Source of the DNA: Rhynchobatus australiae
Taxonomy: Eukaryota
Assembly (NCBI GenBank): GCA_034780895.1
Contig: JAUZTB010000079.1
Location: 16,146,085 to 16,210,084 of the forward strand
DNA length: 64,000 bases
Reading direction: 5' to 3'
Below are positions 23,787 to 35,631 of the stretch, piece after piece; within the stretch, counting starts at the first letter, position 1; every line of letters starts with the position of its first letter. The notes below the pieces were generated by a model. That model worked only from the letters and a program-made list of their open reading frames with translations, was not told where the DNA came from and ran no database searches. The translations under genes and the position numbers were made by a program.

Positions 23787-25059
23787 TATGGTGGGATGCC
23801 TTCACCAGAGGGATTGCAGCAGTTCAAGGTGGTGGTTCACCATCACCTTTTCAGTTACAGATAGGAAATAAATGCTGTCCTTGTCAGCTATGCTGCAGAT
23901 CCCCCCCCCCAAAAAAATTAAAAGATATTTTCAAAATTATAAAATTGGTTTTGTCTTAAAAGAATTAAGTAACATGATATAATTTAAGTTCTGCATGACT
24001 CTGCATAGTTATGTACTGAAGCCTTTGAAAAGGAAACTGAAAAATTCATAAGTTCTGGACTACTTGTACTTTATTCTTTAATATTCTTTAATATTGCTCA
24101 CATGAAAAATTGCATTATCACACAAAATAAGAATATTTCATATTCTTGCACAAATAATTTTATAGAACTAAAAAATGAATCATGGCTTTGTTTGCAGTAC
24201 AAGTCATGCTTTCTGATGTGCTGGTATGTTTGTGCTTGGCAATTGTTTTACTTGATGCAGAAAATAAGAGTTCTTCAATCTGGTTTCCATTAAAATTACA
24301 AGGAATACATATAAAATTATGTGTTTGACATTTAAGTGACCTTAGCTTTGGAATGTGACCTCCACTGTTTAACTGGTACATAAAATTTTAAAAAAAGGTT
24401 ATTTTTTAAATTTTAGGCATATTTATTTCACAGTAGAGTTTGTACAATGATCTCTTAATTCTGAGGCTCTTCAAAATCAGCATGTAATTACCACAATAAA
24501 GTGCGTTTATATAATAGATCAAAGGAGTATGAGCAAACAAAATTTGAAACAAGCTACTTAATAATGTGATCATGTTAGGGCACGTGACAAAACCTTGGTT
24601 GAATAGTATTTTTAAGGACTACTAGTAAGGCCTAGAGAGGGAGTTCCTGACTGCTGAGGGAGTGTAGATACAGGCCAATAGACCAGAATGAATTGAAGAA
24701 GACCACAGAGACGGCTGAGTGAAACCATGAAGGTACTTGAAACCAGGATGAAAATTGTAAAACAGAATCTTTGCTTGTTAGGTCAGCCAATGCTACTTTG
24801 AATTGCAACATGATTGGTGAATTCTGGATGACTTCAGCCTGAAAACTTGGAAAATGACATTGCATATTTAATCACAACTGATTGCTAATTTTGTTTAAAA
24901 ATTGGAGGACATATGAACATGCTATTATGAGTAGCCCCTCAAGCCTGCTCTACTAGACAAGATTGTGCTGATCTAACTGTAACTTCAACTCTGTCTGCAG
25001 TAACCTTTTACCCACATATCTCTGCCTTTACAATATTCAAAGACACTTCCACGACCACC

Positions 25060-25343
25060 CCACCTCACAGCTTCTATCCTGCTGTTATAAGACTATTGAA
25101 CAGTTCCTTAGTACAATAGGCTGGACTCTTGACCTCACAATCTACCTCTTTATGACCTTGCACCTTATTGCCTATCTGCACTGCACTTTCTCTGTAGCTG
25201 TGACACTATTCTGCATTCTGTACTGTTTTACATTGTACTACCTCAATGCACTATGTAATGAATTGATCTGTATGAATGGTATGCAAGACAAGTTTTTCAT
25301 TCTACCTTGGTACAAGTGACAATAATAAACCAATTCCAATTCC
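25060..25343 (+). mobile_element. Rex1 3' end/UTR fragment nested in a CR1-like fragment (24905-25750, -)
   Basis: Closely resembles 4765-5046 (gaccttgcacc...ctgcactttctctg...tgtactac.tcaatgcact); tail aataaaccaattccaattcc. Confidence 0.85.
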
Positions 25344-28300
25344 CTTTAAAGAATAGAATTCCAAAGAGACAACACTGAGAGGAAAAAAATTAATAACCTC
25401 ATCTGTCTTAAATGGGCAACTCCTTATTTTTAAATGATGACTTCAGGTTCTCGATTCTCCCATAAGAGGCATCATCCTCTCCACATCTACCGTTATGTGC
25501 TTCAACCCACTCATTCCAGTGTTAGTCTGGTAAACCTCTTTCAGATTGCTTCCAATGCATTAATATCCTTCCTTAAAGAGACCAGTACTCTCCACGTAGT
25601 CCACATGTGACTTCATCAATGCTCTATATCGCTGAAGCACAACTTCCTTACTTTTATACTGACTTTTCCATTTGCCAGATCTTTGCCAATCTCTTAACAT
25701 CTCTATCCCTTTATAGCTTCCTTATGTCTTCTTCACAACATACTTTCCTATTCGAAACAAAAGCAGAAATGCTGGAAGAACTCAGCCAGTCAAGTTTCAG
25801 TTTGAAGACCCTTTGTCAGAGTTTTAGAGTCAGAAATAGGTTATACAGGGTAATGATAATGGGTATCTCTCTCTAACAGACAAATAAGTATATATGACAA
25901 TCCTGTGTTTATATGAAGGTTTAAAAGCAATAGTGTTTAACTATACAATCAGATTTATTGAGAATGCTCAATTATATATGCTCACTGCTAGACTAATAGT
26001 GTTTCAATTCTTCAAAGGTTTCCAATTCAAAACAATAAACTATTCATTGTCTTAGCCTTCTGTTAGCATGTGGCATTGGTTTTTGGAGTTGAAACCTTTG
26101 TTGAAGCATGACAATGCTCTTGAAGATTTATTTGATTAAATGCAACTTATGGTGTCATAATGAGTCGTACAGACTCGGTTGATAGTCTGGTTGGTATGTG
26201 GTTTGTTACAAACAATCTGAACCTGATTTTGGAGCAACAGATGAGTCTCATTGTTTCTGCATTAGACAATGGAAAGAAAAGTCAGCCAGGGTGCTTGCAT
26301 TAATTTGACCCACATTGGAAACTGCATGATTTTCTGGAGAGAACAAGATTAGTCTGCAGTGGTCTTCCTTGCTGAAGTGACTGTAAACATTCACAGTTTT
26401 CACCCACAAAATGACATTTATGGGCAGAGAATCTTAAGTAGGACTGATGGAATTTAGTGTATTCAAGAGGTGAAAAAAATTGGAGTGGGGCAAGAAGGAA
26501 TGAATATGATGGTACAAAATGGGTTTGTATTAACTGTCTAATAAATCTAAAACATATTCAAATCTATAAGTGTTGTTGCTGTCTGTGCCTGTATTAAACC
26601 AAGCATCTGAGAGTGGTTTCATGGGGTCAATATAATCATGAAACTGACCTGTATGGAGAGTAATTTTTTTCCTTAATTAAATCATATGAGGAACTGTGAA
26701 GAACTATAATTGGTGTCCAAAACTGGTTATGGATATGGCAGATTCTAGCCTTTGGCTGAAGTGACTTACAGCTGAAAAGATGTGCTTGTGGTTTTAGTCT
26801 CCAATGTATGATCTTAGTATTTTATACATGTTGCTATGGCATTAATTGTACGCTACAGCAAGAATCTTTATACAGTACATTTTTTCCTTATGACTACTGT
26901 TTATCCCAGATGCACATACTCATTCAATCCAGAAACTGGAAAACAATATAATAGCCAAGCATATTGAAAGCTGTAATAAATTATATGAAAATGTTACATT
27001 TGTGTTTCATGATATTGAAGTTTAGGTTTATGAACAACAGATGCAGTTAAGTTGTGGTCAACAGCTGTGCTTGAAATCATCATAGCATTTGCAGTGTGTG
27101 TGGTAGGTCGATGAATGTTGAAAGGAAAGATTAAGATTTAGACTGTATTGCTGCATTTTAAACACTGGCCTCAAACTAAATTTTAAACTTTATTCATATC
27201 AAAATGCATATTGTATATACTGGGTGTTGACTAGATTTGTGATGTTGATATCAGAACAGAATTATTCTTTATACTGTGGGACTACGTTGTAAATTTCAAA
27301 ATTGCAATGGCTGCAAGGAAAGTACATATTAAGTTTCCATTTAGGGAAAAAGCCATAATTGACATATTGTATAAACCANNNNNNNNNNNNNNNNNNNNNN
27401 NNNNNNNNNNNNNNNNNNNNNNNNNNNNNNNNNNNNNNNNNNNNNNNNNNNNNNNNNNNNNNNNNNNNNNNNNNNNNNCTAGCTAATCAAGTTTTAAACT
27501 GCTCATCTATATCTTTTTAGGTTGCAAAGGTTGCACATTCTTTCAATGTTTGGTCAAGTGGGCAAAAAAGAAACAAAAAATTTTGTCCATTGAACTGGAA
27601 AAATCAGAAAATTAATTTAAATTTCACCACTAAAGTATTTCTCATTTTGCTTATTCACTTTGGAGCCACAAAATGGAAAATTCAACACCCAATTGGTAAA
27701 AATGCTTACTTTACTCAACCAAATTTCTAACACACAAACCAATATAATTAATCCTTAATAAACAATTTTGTTTACATGGTATTATGCTCTCTCCCTTTAG
27801 GAACTCTGTCTAAGTCCAGAGTAGTAAGTACAGTTTGGCCAGACCTCTGTGTATGCACAGACATATGTTGGAGTTTAGTGAGCTAAAACTGCACAGCTTG
27901 CCATTGCAGATGACTTGAGCTTCCTGCAGTCTGTTTGGCTACTACTCGATGAGGCATTGATATTTGGACTTTGTGAAATAATCCCAGATCTCAGTGACAG
28001 CTTTACCACCACAGATTCCATTAACTAGCTTGGCTCGCTGATTGTTAAATAATACCTACAGCCACTTGACTCCAAAGCAGCAATGCTGATCACCTGTCTA
28101 TCCTTTTTCACCTTCCTCTACCAATCAATGCCTTCCCTCAACCTATCCTCATAAAAAGAATGCTATCTATATCTAGTTCAGATATTTGCTTCACACACAA
28201 CCAGTTTGCTTAAAAGGTTTGTATTTAGATTTGTAATTTTACCTTTTATTAATAGGTAAAAGCTAAAGTCTACACTTCACAAACATTCAGTGAAATTCTA

Positions 28301-28769
28301 AAGCAACAGTTCTATTTGATAAATTATCAAAATAAATGACTGGATTTTCAAAATGTACTGTAGGTTAGATTATGTTATGGTATAATTTATATGATGCCTA
28401 TGCATTGAATAACTTATTATAGATAAACTCAAATCAAAATATTATTACTATTTATTTTCTCCATGTAAATTGGCAGATCTGTAGGCTGAAGATTATTCTC
28501 TGGTGTGATGTATAAATTACTTCTAGAGTGTTTCATTTTGTATCAGTTTTGTACTTTTGCTTAATGTGCATGGGTCACATTAATATGGTGATAGCATGTG
28601 GAAGGTTGTCATTTATTGTTTGCATCAGGCATAGTATTATTTTACTGTATTATAATTTACTCTATGGCCAGGTGAACAGGAATAGGATTATAAGAGAACA
28701 TAAGAGTCCAGAAAGGAAATTGTTTTATAGTTCTTCATTATAGTCTTTACTGAAGAAGATGATGCTGCT

Positions 28770-29385
28770 GCAGTCTCAGCAAAGGAGGATGTTGTTGAAA
28801 TTCTGACTGGGTTAAAAATTGATAAAATTGAGAAAAACTAGCTGCATGTAAATTGATTAAGCCAGCTGATCAAGTTGGGAATCAACCCAGGTTCCTGAGG
28901 GAAGTATAGGAGGACATTCCAGACATCTATCGATTCAGGAGTAGTGCTTAAAGGCTGGAAAATTGCAAATTCAAAAAACCCTTTAAGCATAAATCAGTCA
29001 ATTTGATGGCAAGGAATGTTCTGGAAATAATAATCAAGGGCAGAAGTTGCTGTTACTTGGACAAGAGTAGATTGATTAGATAGAGAAAGCCTACATGGAT
29101 TTGTGTCGAACCATCTTGATAGAAATTTTTTGATGTATAACAGAAAGGGTTTACAAGGAAAATGTGTTTGTTATAGTACATATGAACTTCATAAAAACTA
29201 TTTGATAATGTGCCACATAAATCGGCTTGTTATTAAGTCCATGGAATAAAAGAGGCTACAGCACAATGGATAGAAAGTTAGCTGTACAGTAAGAGGAAAA
29301 TGGAGAGAAGTGAAAAGTTTTGTTTCATGCTGGAGGAAACTGTGTCATGAAGCTTCCTAGTCCAAGGATATTTCTTAATATATAC
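28770..29385 (+). mobile_element. Very old CR1 RT fossil
   Basis: Residual motifs: cccaggttcctgagggaagt, ggctggaaaattgcaaat, catggatttgt, tttgataatgtgccacat (FDxVPH). Confidence 0.55.
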
Positions 29386-31086
29386 TGCACTGTGGTAATG
29401 GATCTGGCGTAATACCTGACCATCCTGTGGTTAGCTAGGGTTCTGATTTGTTGTTATATCAAGAATTGAGGTGTTACAATTTGAAAAGTCCCTCAGTGTA
29501 TGAAAACTGAATGTTGATTTAGTGTTGATATATTTTCCATTGATGTAGCAGATTTATAAAGTTTGCATCTGCAGCAGTTGGGTTCATTACTGTGCTAAAG
29601 TAAAAACTTGACATGTGAAGTAAAAACATTAAGTTTTGGATGAAGGAACTGCACCAAAAAAAAATGAATGTACTTGCAGAACACTCTTTAATTTTTCTAG
29701 AATGCAACAATTAAATGATATGAGACCTGAGTTCACTTCACTGTATGTAGGTTAAAAAAAGTTGTTTTCATCTGCAGTGTATCAGAATAATTTCATTACT
29801 ATCTTCCCACACTTTAAAGTGTGCAGTAATACTGCAGGCAAGCTTTCTGAATCATGCTGTTATTTCTCCCACATTTAAGTCATCACCCCTAGCTACTCTG
29901 TTGTGGAAATAAGTTTTGCATTACTGACTGCAGGTTCAGAAATATAAATCATTTAGTTAATTGTTGAGGGTGGGAATGCAAGTATTTTATGTGCCAAACT
30001 ACATTGACGTTTATTTTTAATCTATCCACGTGTCATGACTCCACTGATTTTCAGTTTGAAGCAAAAATCATTCTGGAGGTTCATTCAAAGTGATTAGGCA
30101 AAAGCCTCGGTGTCGAGTTCACAATTATTTTTAACAGGAGTTAGTTCTGACAATCCATTGACAGATGATTGGTGTTCTACTACTGAATTAAATTCTTGAT
30201 ATTTATAGAATAAATATGCTGTGGACTTCGGTTAACAGTGCTTTGTATTTGTTAGTGAATTTAGCAAAATGGCTTTCCCTTTATGCAGATTGCATTATTA
30301 GACAACAAAATGCATTTCTTGAATGATATTGAGGGAAATGTACGTGAAAGGGATAGCAGTTCAAAAAGGATGGTGATTCCTTTAAATATAGTTGTAGCTT
30401 ACTTGTCTCAAAGCTTCAACCACAAACTTATTGGTCCAGTCTTCCTCTGTGTAACATTGACATGAATGACATTGTGCTGCTTTGCTAGTCGTAGGAAAGC
30501 TGTAATACTGTATTATGGCTCCTTAACTGCCGTATTGGTAACTCGGGTCATCTATATCGGATTGGAGATTCAATCACAGAAAATGATGATGTTGATACAC
30601 AGTTTGATGTATGTTTGATGCCAGCTGATCTTTGAAGATCCTGATTCTGTGTTGTAAGCTCCACACATGCTGAGAAGAAGATCAAAGCATGAGTTAACAT
30701 TTACAAATAAGATGAGTTTGACTTTATTGAAAAAAGACCTGTTATGTCAGATGGGTTAAATACTCATCCTTAATTTCTTTTATTTTTCAACAAGATATGC
30801 TATAAATCCCCTGAAATTTCATTTCATATAAAAACTGAGAGATCCATAGTCGAGAGAAATGAGGAGTTAAATTAGAATGGGTACTTAAGAGTTTGTTGAT
30901 TTTCTCTAAAGATATTTCTGTCTTTCTTTGATCTTGAACTAATCAGTTCCCCAATATCAATTGATGTAGTTTTAACTTGCTCTTTTTAATGTTAAGCCAA
31001 TATTCTATTATAAGATTAAAAATAATTTTGTGCTGATATCAGATTTTACCTTTAAGTGGACTATTTTTTCCACAGTTGATTTTACT

Positions 31087-32231
31087 CAGTAACTCCGTTA
31101 ATCTGCTCTCCTATTGTTCAGAAATCTAGATGGCTTGGCATCTGGCTCACCTAGTTCTGTTTCCTGCCCTCCCTCTAAATTTGCTGGGCCTGTTCCCCAC
31201 ACTCCCTCTAAGCTAACCAGGGCCCATTTCCCTTGCTTTAAATGCACCAGGGTCCCTTTTTCCTGCATTCTCTAAATATACCTGTTTACTGGAAATTTTA
31301 TCATACTACTGTGTAACATATTTTATTAATTACTTGGATGAGGGGGTAGAAGGGTGGGTTGGCAAGTTTGCAGACAATAGGAAGGTTGGTGGTGTTGTGG
31401 GTAATGTGGAGTATTGTCAAAGATTGCAGAGGGACAATGATAGGATTCAGAGCTGTGCTGAGAAGTGGCAGACAGAGTTCAATCCGGAGAAGTGTGAGAT
31501 GGTACACTTTGGAAGGACAAATTCCAAGGCAGAGTACAAAGTAAATGGCAGGATTCTGTGTAGTGTGGAGGAGCAGAGGGATCTGGGGGTCCATATCCAT
31601 GGATCCCTGTAAGTTGCCTCACAGGTGGATAGGGTAGTTAAGAAAGCTTATGGGATGTTAGCATTCATTAGTCGTGGGATCGAGTTTAAGAGCCGTGAGG
31701 TAATGATGCAGCTCTACAAAACTCTGGTTAGACCACACTTAAGAGTACTGTGTCCAGTTCTGGTCGCTTCATTATAGGAAGGATATGGAGGCGTTGGAAA
31801 GGGTGCAGAGGAGATTTACTAGGATGCTGCCTGGATTAGAGAGTATGGATTATGAGGAGAGANNNNNNNNNNNNNNNNNNNNNNNNNNNNNNNNNNNNNN
31901 NNNNNNNNNNNNNNNNNNNNNNNNNNNNNNNNNNNNNNNNNNNNNNNNNNNNNNNNNNNNNNTTACTAGATAAGCATATGGAGGAATTTAAAATAGAGGG
32001 ATATGTGGGAGGAAGGGGTTAGATAGTCTTAGGCGAGGTATAAGGGTTGGCACAACATTGTGGGCTGAAGGGCTATTGTGCTTTACTGTTCTATGTGCTA
32101 TGATATTTTTTTAAAAAGTTAATTAAAACTGTGTTGGTGTAATAATAGGATACAAAATCCAATGATTCAGAAAATTTGCCAGTCCAGCATGACCAGAATC
32201 CTGAGGGTGTTGTATTGTCAGAGTTTTACTT
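31087..32231. mobile_element. Possible pogo/Tigger-like MITE remnant interrupted by CR1
   Basis: Left end cagtaactccgttaatc; right end gtattgtcagagttttact (reverse complement agtaaaactctgacaatac). These are imperfect CAGTAAAACTC-type TIRs; a degenerate ~35-bp repeat lies at 31165-31285. Confidence 0.45.
31320..32103 (+). mobile_element. CR1 LINE 3' portion
   Basis: LDEGVEGWVGKFADNRKVGGVV...WQTEFNPEKCEMVHFG; EYCVQFWS; MEALERVQRRFTRMLPGL; tail ctgttctatgtgctatg. Confidence 0.95.
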
Positions 32232-35200
32232 CATACAGAGTGGGTAATCAAATCTTAAATGAGTGCTAGGAATGAATGGTAAAATTAGGGCTGATTTTAT
32301 TGTGTCTGTTAATGGATGTCCCAGTGGATGTCTTCAAAATGACAAAGGGTTATGATCATATAAATATTAATGGTGAGTGGCAAATAGAAGGACACAGATG
32401 TAAAGTAGGTGTTGCATATATACAGAATTTGGGCTGTATGTGGAATTCAATGCCACAGATCATTGTTCGATCATGTTTATTTAATGAGATTCAGACTTTT
32501 GCCACAGAGGAATATTAAAGGATCTTGGATGCAAAGATATGAGTAGGAGTGATACAAGACAATCTATGTGGAAAGAAACAGTGACAAAGACTTGCACATT
32601 GCAGGTTTCTGTGCTGCAAAGTTCTTTAAATTTGGGTTTTGTTCCTTTTCTAAAGTGTATATCTTATGCCGTGGATTAATATGTAATCTAGTTTATACTT
32701 TTAAACTGAAGTATATAAAGAATAAATCTGTGCAGAATTTCTAGATGTTATCTATGTTGGCCTGCTGTTTTATCCACATTACAAGCAGCTTACCATGATC
32801 GTAGCCCACTAAACTGGGTGTATAATTATGGTCTACTTCATGGCTTTACCATTGGTTAGTGGTGTCTCAGTAACCAGACTAAACTACATTAGTCAAGCTG
32901 CTTGACTTAAAAAAAAATCAGGCAGGGATGCAGAGATTTTATTTGGTCCTTTCAAATACACGGGAGAAATTTCAGCTCACCCTATACTGGATGTTGAACA
33001 GGCAGCCTGACTGGCAGTGGAAGGTTTGGGAGAGATGATGATATAGAGCTGCATAATGTGTGTCCATCTTGAATCTGATGTTTTTTTGGCTAATGTCACT
33101 GAAAGATGGCACATAAATGAGAAAAAAGGGCAACAAAGGATTCCTTGGGGAACTTGAGGCAAATTGCAGGAGCAGGAAGAGATATTTCCTGGTGTGGTTA
33201 GCTAACCAGTGAGGTAGATAAATCTAGTAAATTGTTGAAGAACGGTAGCCTAAATGAAATTGTTATATTCATATTGTAATGTGCCAGTTTTGTTCTTGAC
33301 GAAACCAACCCAGTGAAGAAATACCAATGGATTGCATGGGAAAACAATCAATTCAAAAAGTAAGGATGTGTATTAATATTGAGCAAGACAACATGCAAGG
33401 AATGCAGTTGCTAAGGGGTTAGGTGGCTATATTATTTTTATACTAGTACTGGACTGAAATTAGTGAAGCATTTCAATTGACAACAGGTGCTCTTTGATGC
33501 TTTTTTAAAAGTTAGCAGGATGAGAGGCGCCAATATGAATCCAGCCGTTCAATGACTAGATGATCTATTTCACATGTGGTGTGCAATGCATGTGGCTGTA
33601 ACTGAAGAAAACCTTGTTAAATGATACCAAAAGATTTAGATTCTGCAAGTCTCAAGTAAAATGTACTTTTATGTCATCTTTTTACCATTTAAAATATTTT
33701 AAAGCTTGCATTTCTCTGCTCTTTCATATAAGCATCATGGTTGTTATGTGCACAAGTGATGCGTATGCTGAAAGAACAAGGTTTGTTAGCTTTCCACAAG
33801 CTTGTAATTAAACTGTTTAGTTCATGGTTTTTGAGGCACTTTTGGATGTTTTTAAGACCAGATTAGCTGCAATATAAGTGCTTGTTTCTCTCATTTTATT
33901 TCTTTGTTTCTTATAAGAAAGTGCCTTTTGGATGGCAGTGAAAGTCATTGGTGGGATTAATCAGAAAGTGAAATCCCTGCTGACTCCATTCTGTAGTTAA
34001 TTGGACACAGGCATTTATAAATTTTGTAGTGAATATCATACAAAAAAGAATGTGGGTCGTGTAAGTAGTTGTTTCAGATCCCAGCAATAACTGTCAAGTT
34101 TCCTAGCAACTAAAGTATCTAGATGCAGAAAATATCTTCTACAAAGAATNNNNNNNNNNNNNNNNNNNNNNNNNNNNNNNNNNNNNNAAAGAAAAACTAT
34201 GTTTCTGAATGTTCAACATATGTCATACTTGCTGATGAATGTTCACTCCTTTTTTGCCTGGTGTTAATTGCTCTTTCAGTTATGCCCTGTAATGAATGAG
34301 CACAAGCTTTCATAGCACCACAGCTGCCTAACGTCCATATGAATTGGACGTTACACAGATGTCTTATTTCTTCAAGTTAAATCTTTATTATTTAAATATT
34401 TAACTTGAAGAATGAAGGCATCCATTGTGCTGTCTTAAGTAGCTCTTCCTTGCGTGCTTCTTTTGCACCATCTTTTCAGGGAAAGATAGAAAAACAAATC
34501 AGCGTTGCTTGATGTTTTCAAGTTCCACAGGTAAAAGATAGTAAGCATTTTCTCTTGCGAACAGCCATTGTGTACTACTTTTGAAGAGCTGGGCATCTCC
34601 TCCATTGAAGAAAGAAAGTAATAAGGAGAATGCTAGACAGGTGTTGAATGTTAGTATGTACCTATTTTTTATGCTGCTGATGTGTGTATTAATTCAGACA
34701 TTTATACCTGGAGTTGATGGGTGAAATCTGCATGTGTAGACTATGATTCCTTAATGAGATTATTATTGAACTTCGTACAAATTTAAAGCTACACCTGAAA
34801 ATCACAGCAGCAACTTAAACAAGCACAATTGAACTGGCCAACTACCACATAACTACAGAATATATCTGCCAAATTTCTGTTCCTGCAGACCAAAGTTGAA
34901 ATGATCTCTTTCCAAGGCTTCCCAATTCATTAGTTTCCTGATGTGAAACAGGTATTGCCCGAATTTCCAAAATATCACAATTTTAAATGTAAGGTCTGTT
35001 GTAAATGGACAGACCTAACAATTCTTGCATTTATCTTGCCAAGTATCTGCCTGCACAATATTGTAGCCCAAAGATCGGACAATAATCGCTCCTTGAAGTT
35101 TCAACTGGATTTTCAGATTTTTCAAATATTTGCTGCTTCAGTCCTAGAAAGATAATTTAAGCAAAAGACTGGGTAAAAAGTTGTCAAAATTCAATTCTTG

Positions 35201-35457
35201 GCTCTTTTATTATGTACATCATGAAGGTATAGAGCAGCAGTTATAATCAGATTCATTTATTTCCATAATTTGACTCCACAATGTAAAATAATAATCATGC
35301 AATTCTGCTGCACCAATAGGTCATTTTGGTGTCCATTCCTCTAGCATATTATCTGCCTCTGTTTACATTCAGAGAATGTATAACACAGTGCTTGGGGTAG
35401 TTTTGAATTGCCAGAGTTATTTATTAGTCTATCGAGCAACACCAGTGATAGCTGAAA

Positions 35458-35631
35458 GAGAAACAGAAAATGCTGAAGATAATTGTGCAGAGGGAAACAG
35501 AGTTAACATTTCAGATCAGTAACCTTTCATCTTGTAAAGCAATTTTGTATGAGACAATACAGATACTTCCTGACCTGTTGAGTAGCTCCAGTGTTTCCTC
35601 TTTTTTGATTTCATCTTTCCAGCATCTGCAT
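35458..35631. repeat. Two degenerate Penelope-like terminal repeat pieces in opposite orientation
   Basis: aaacagaaaatgctg...gaaacagagttaacatttcagatcagtaacctttcatc (-), then cagatacttcctgacctgttgagtagctccag...ttccagcatctgca (+). Confidence 0.6.
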
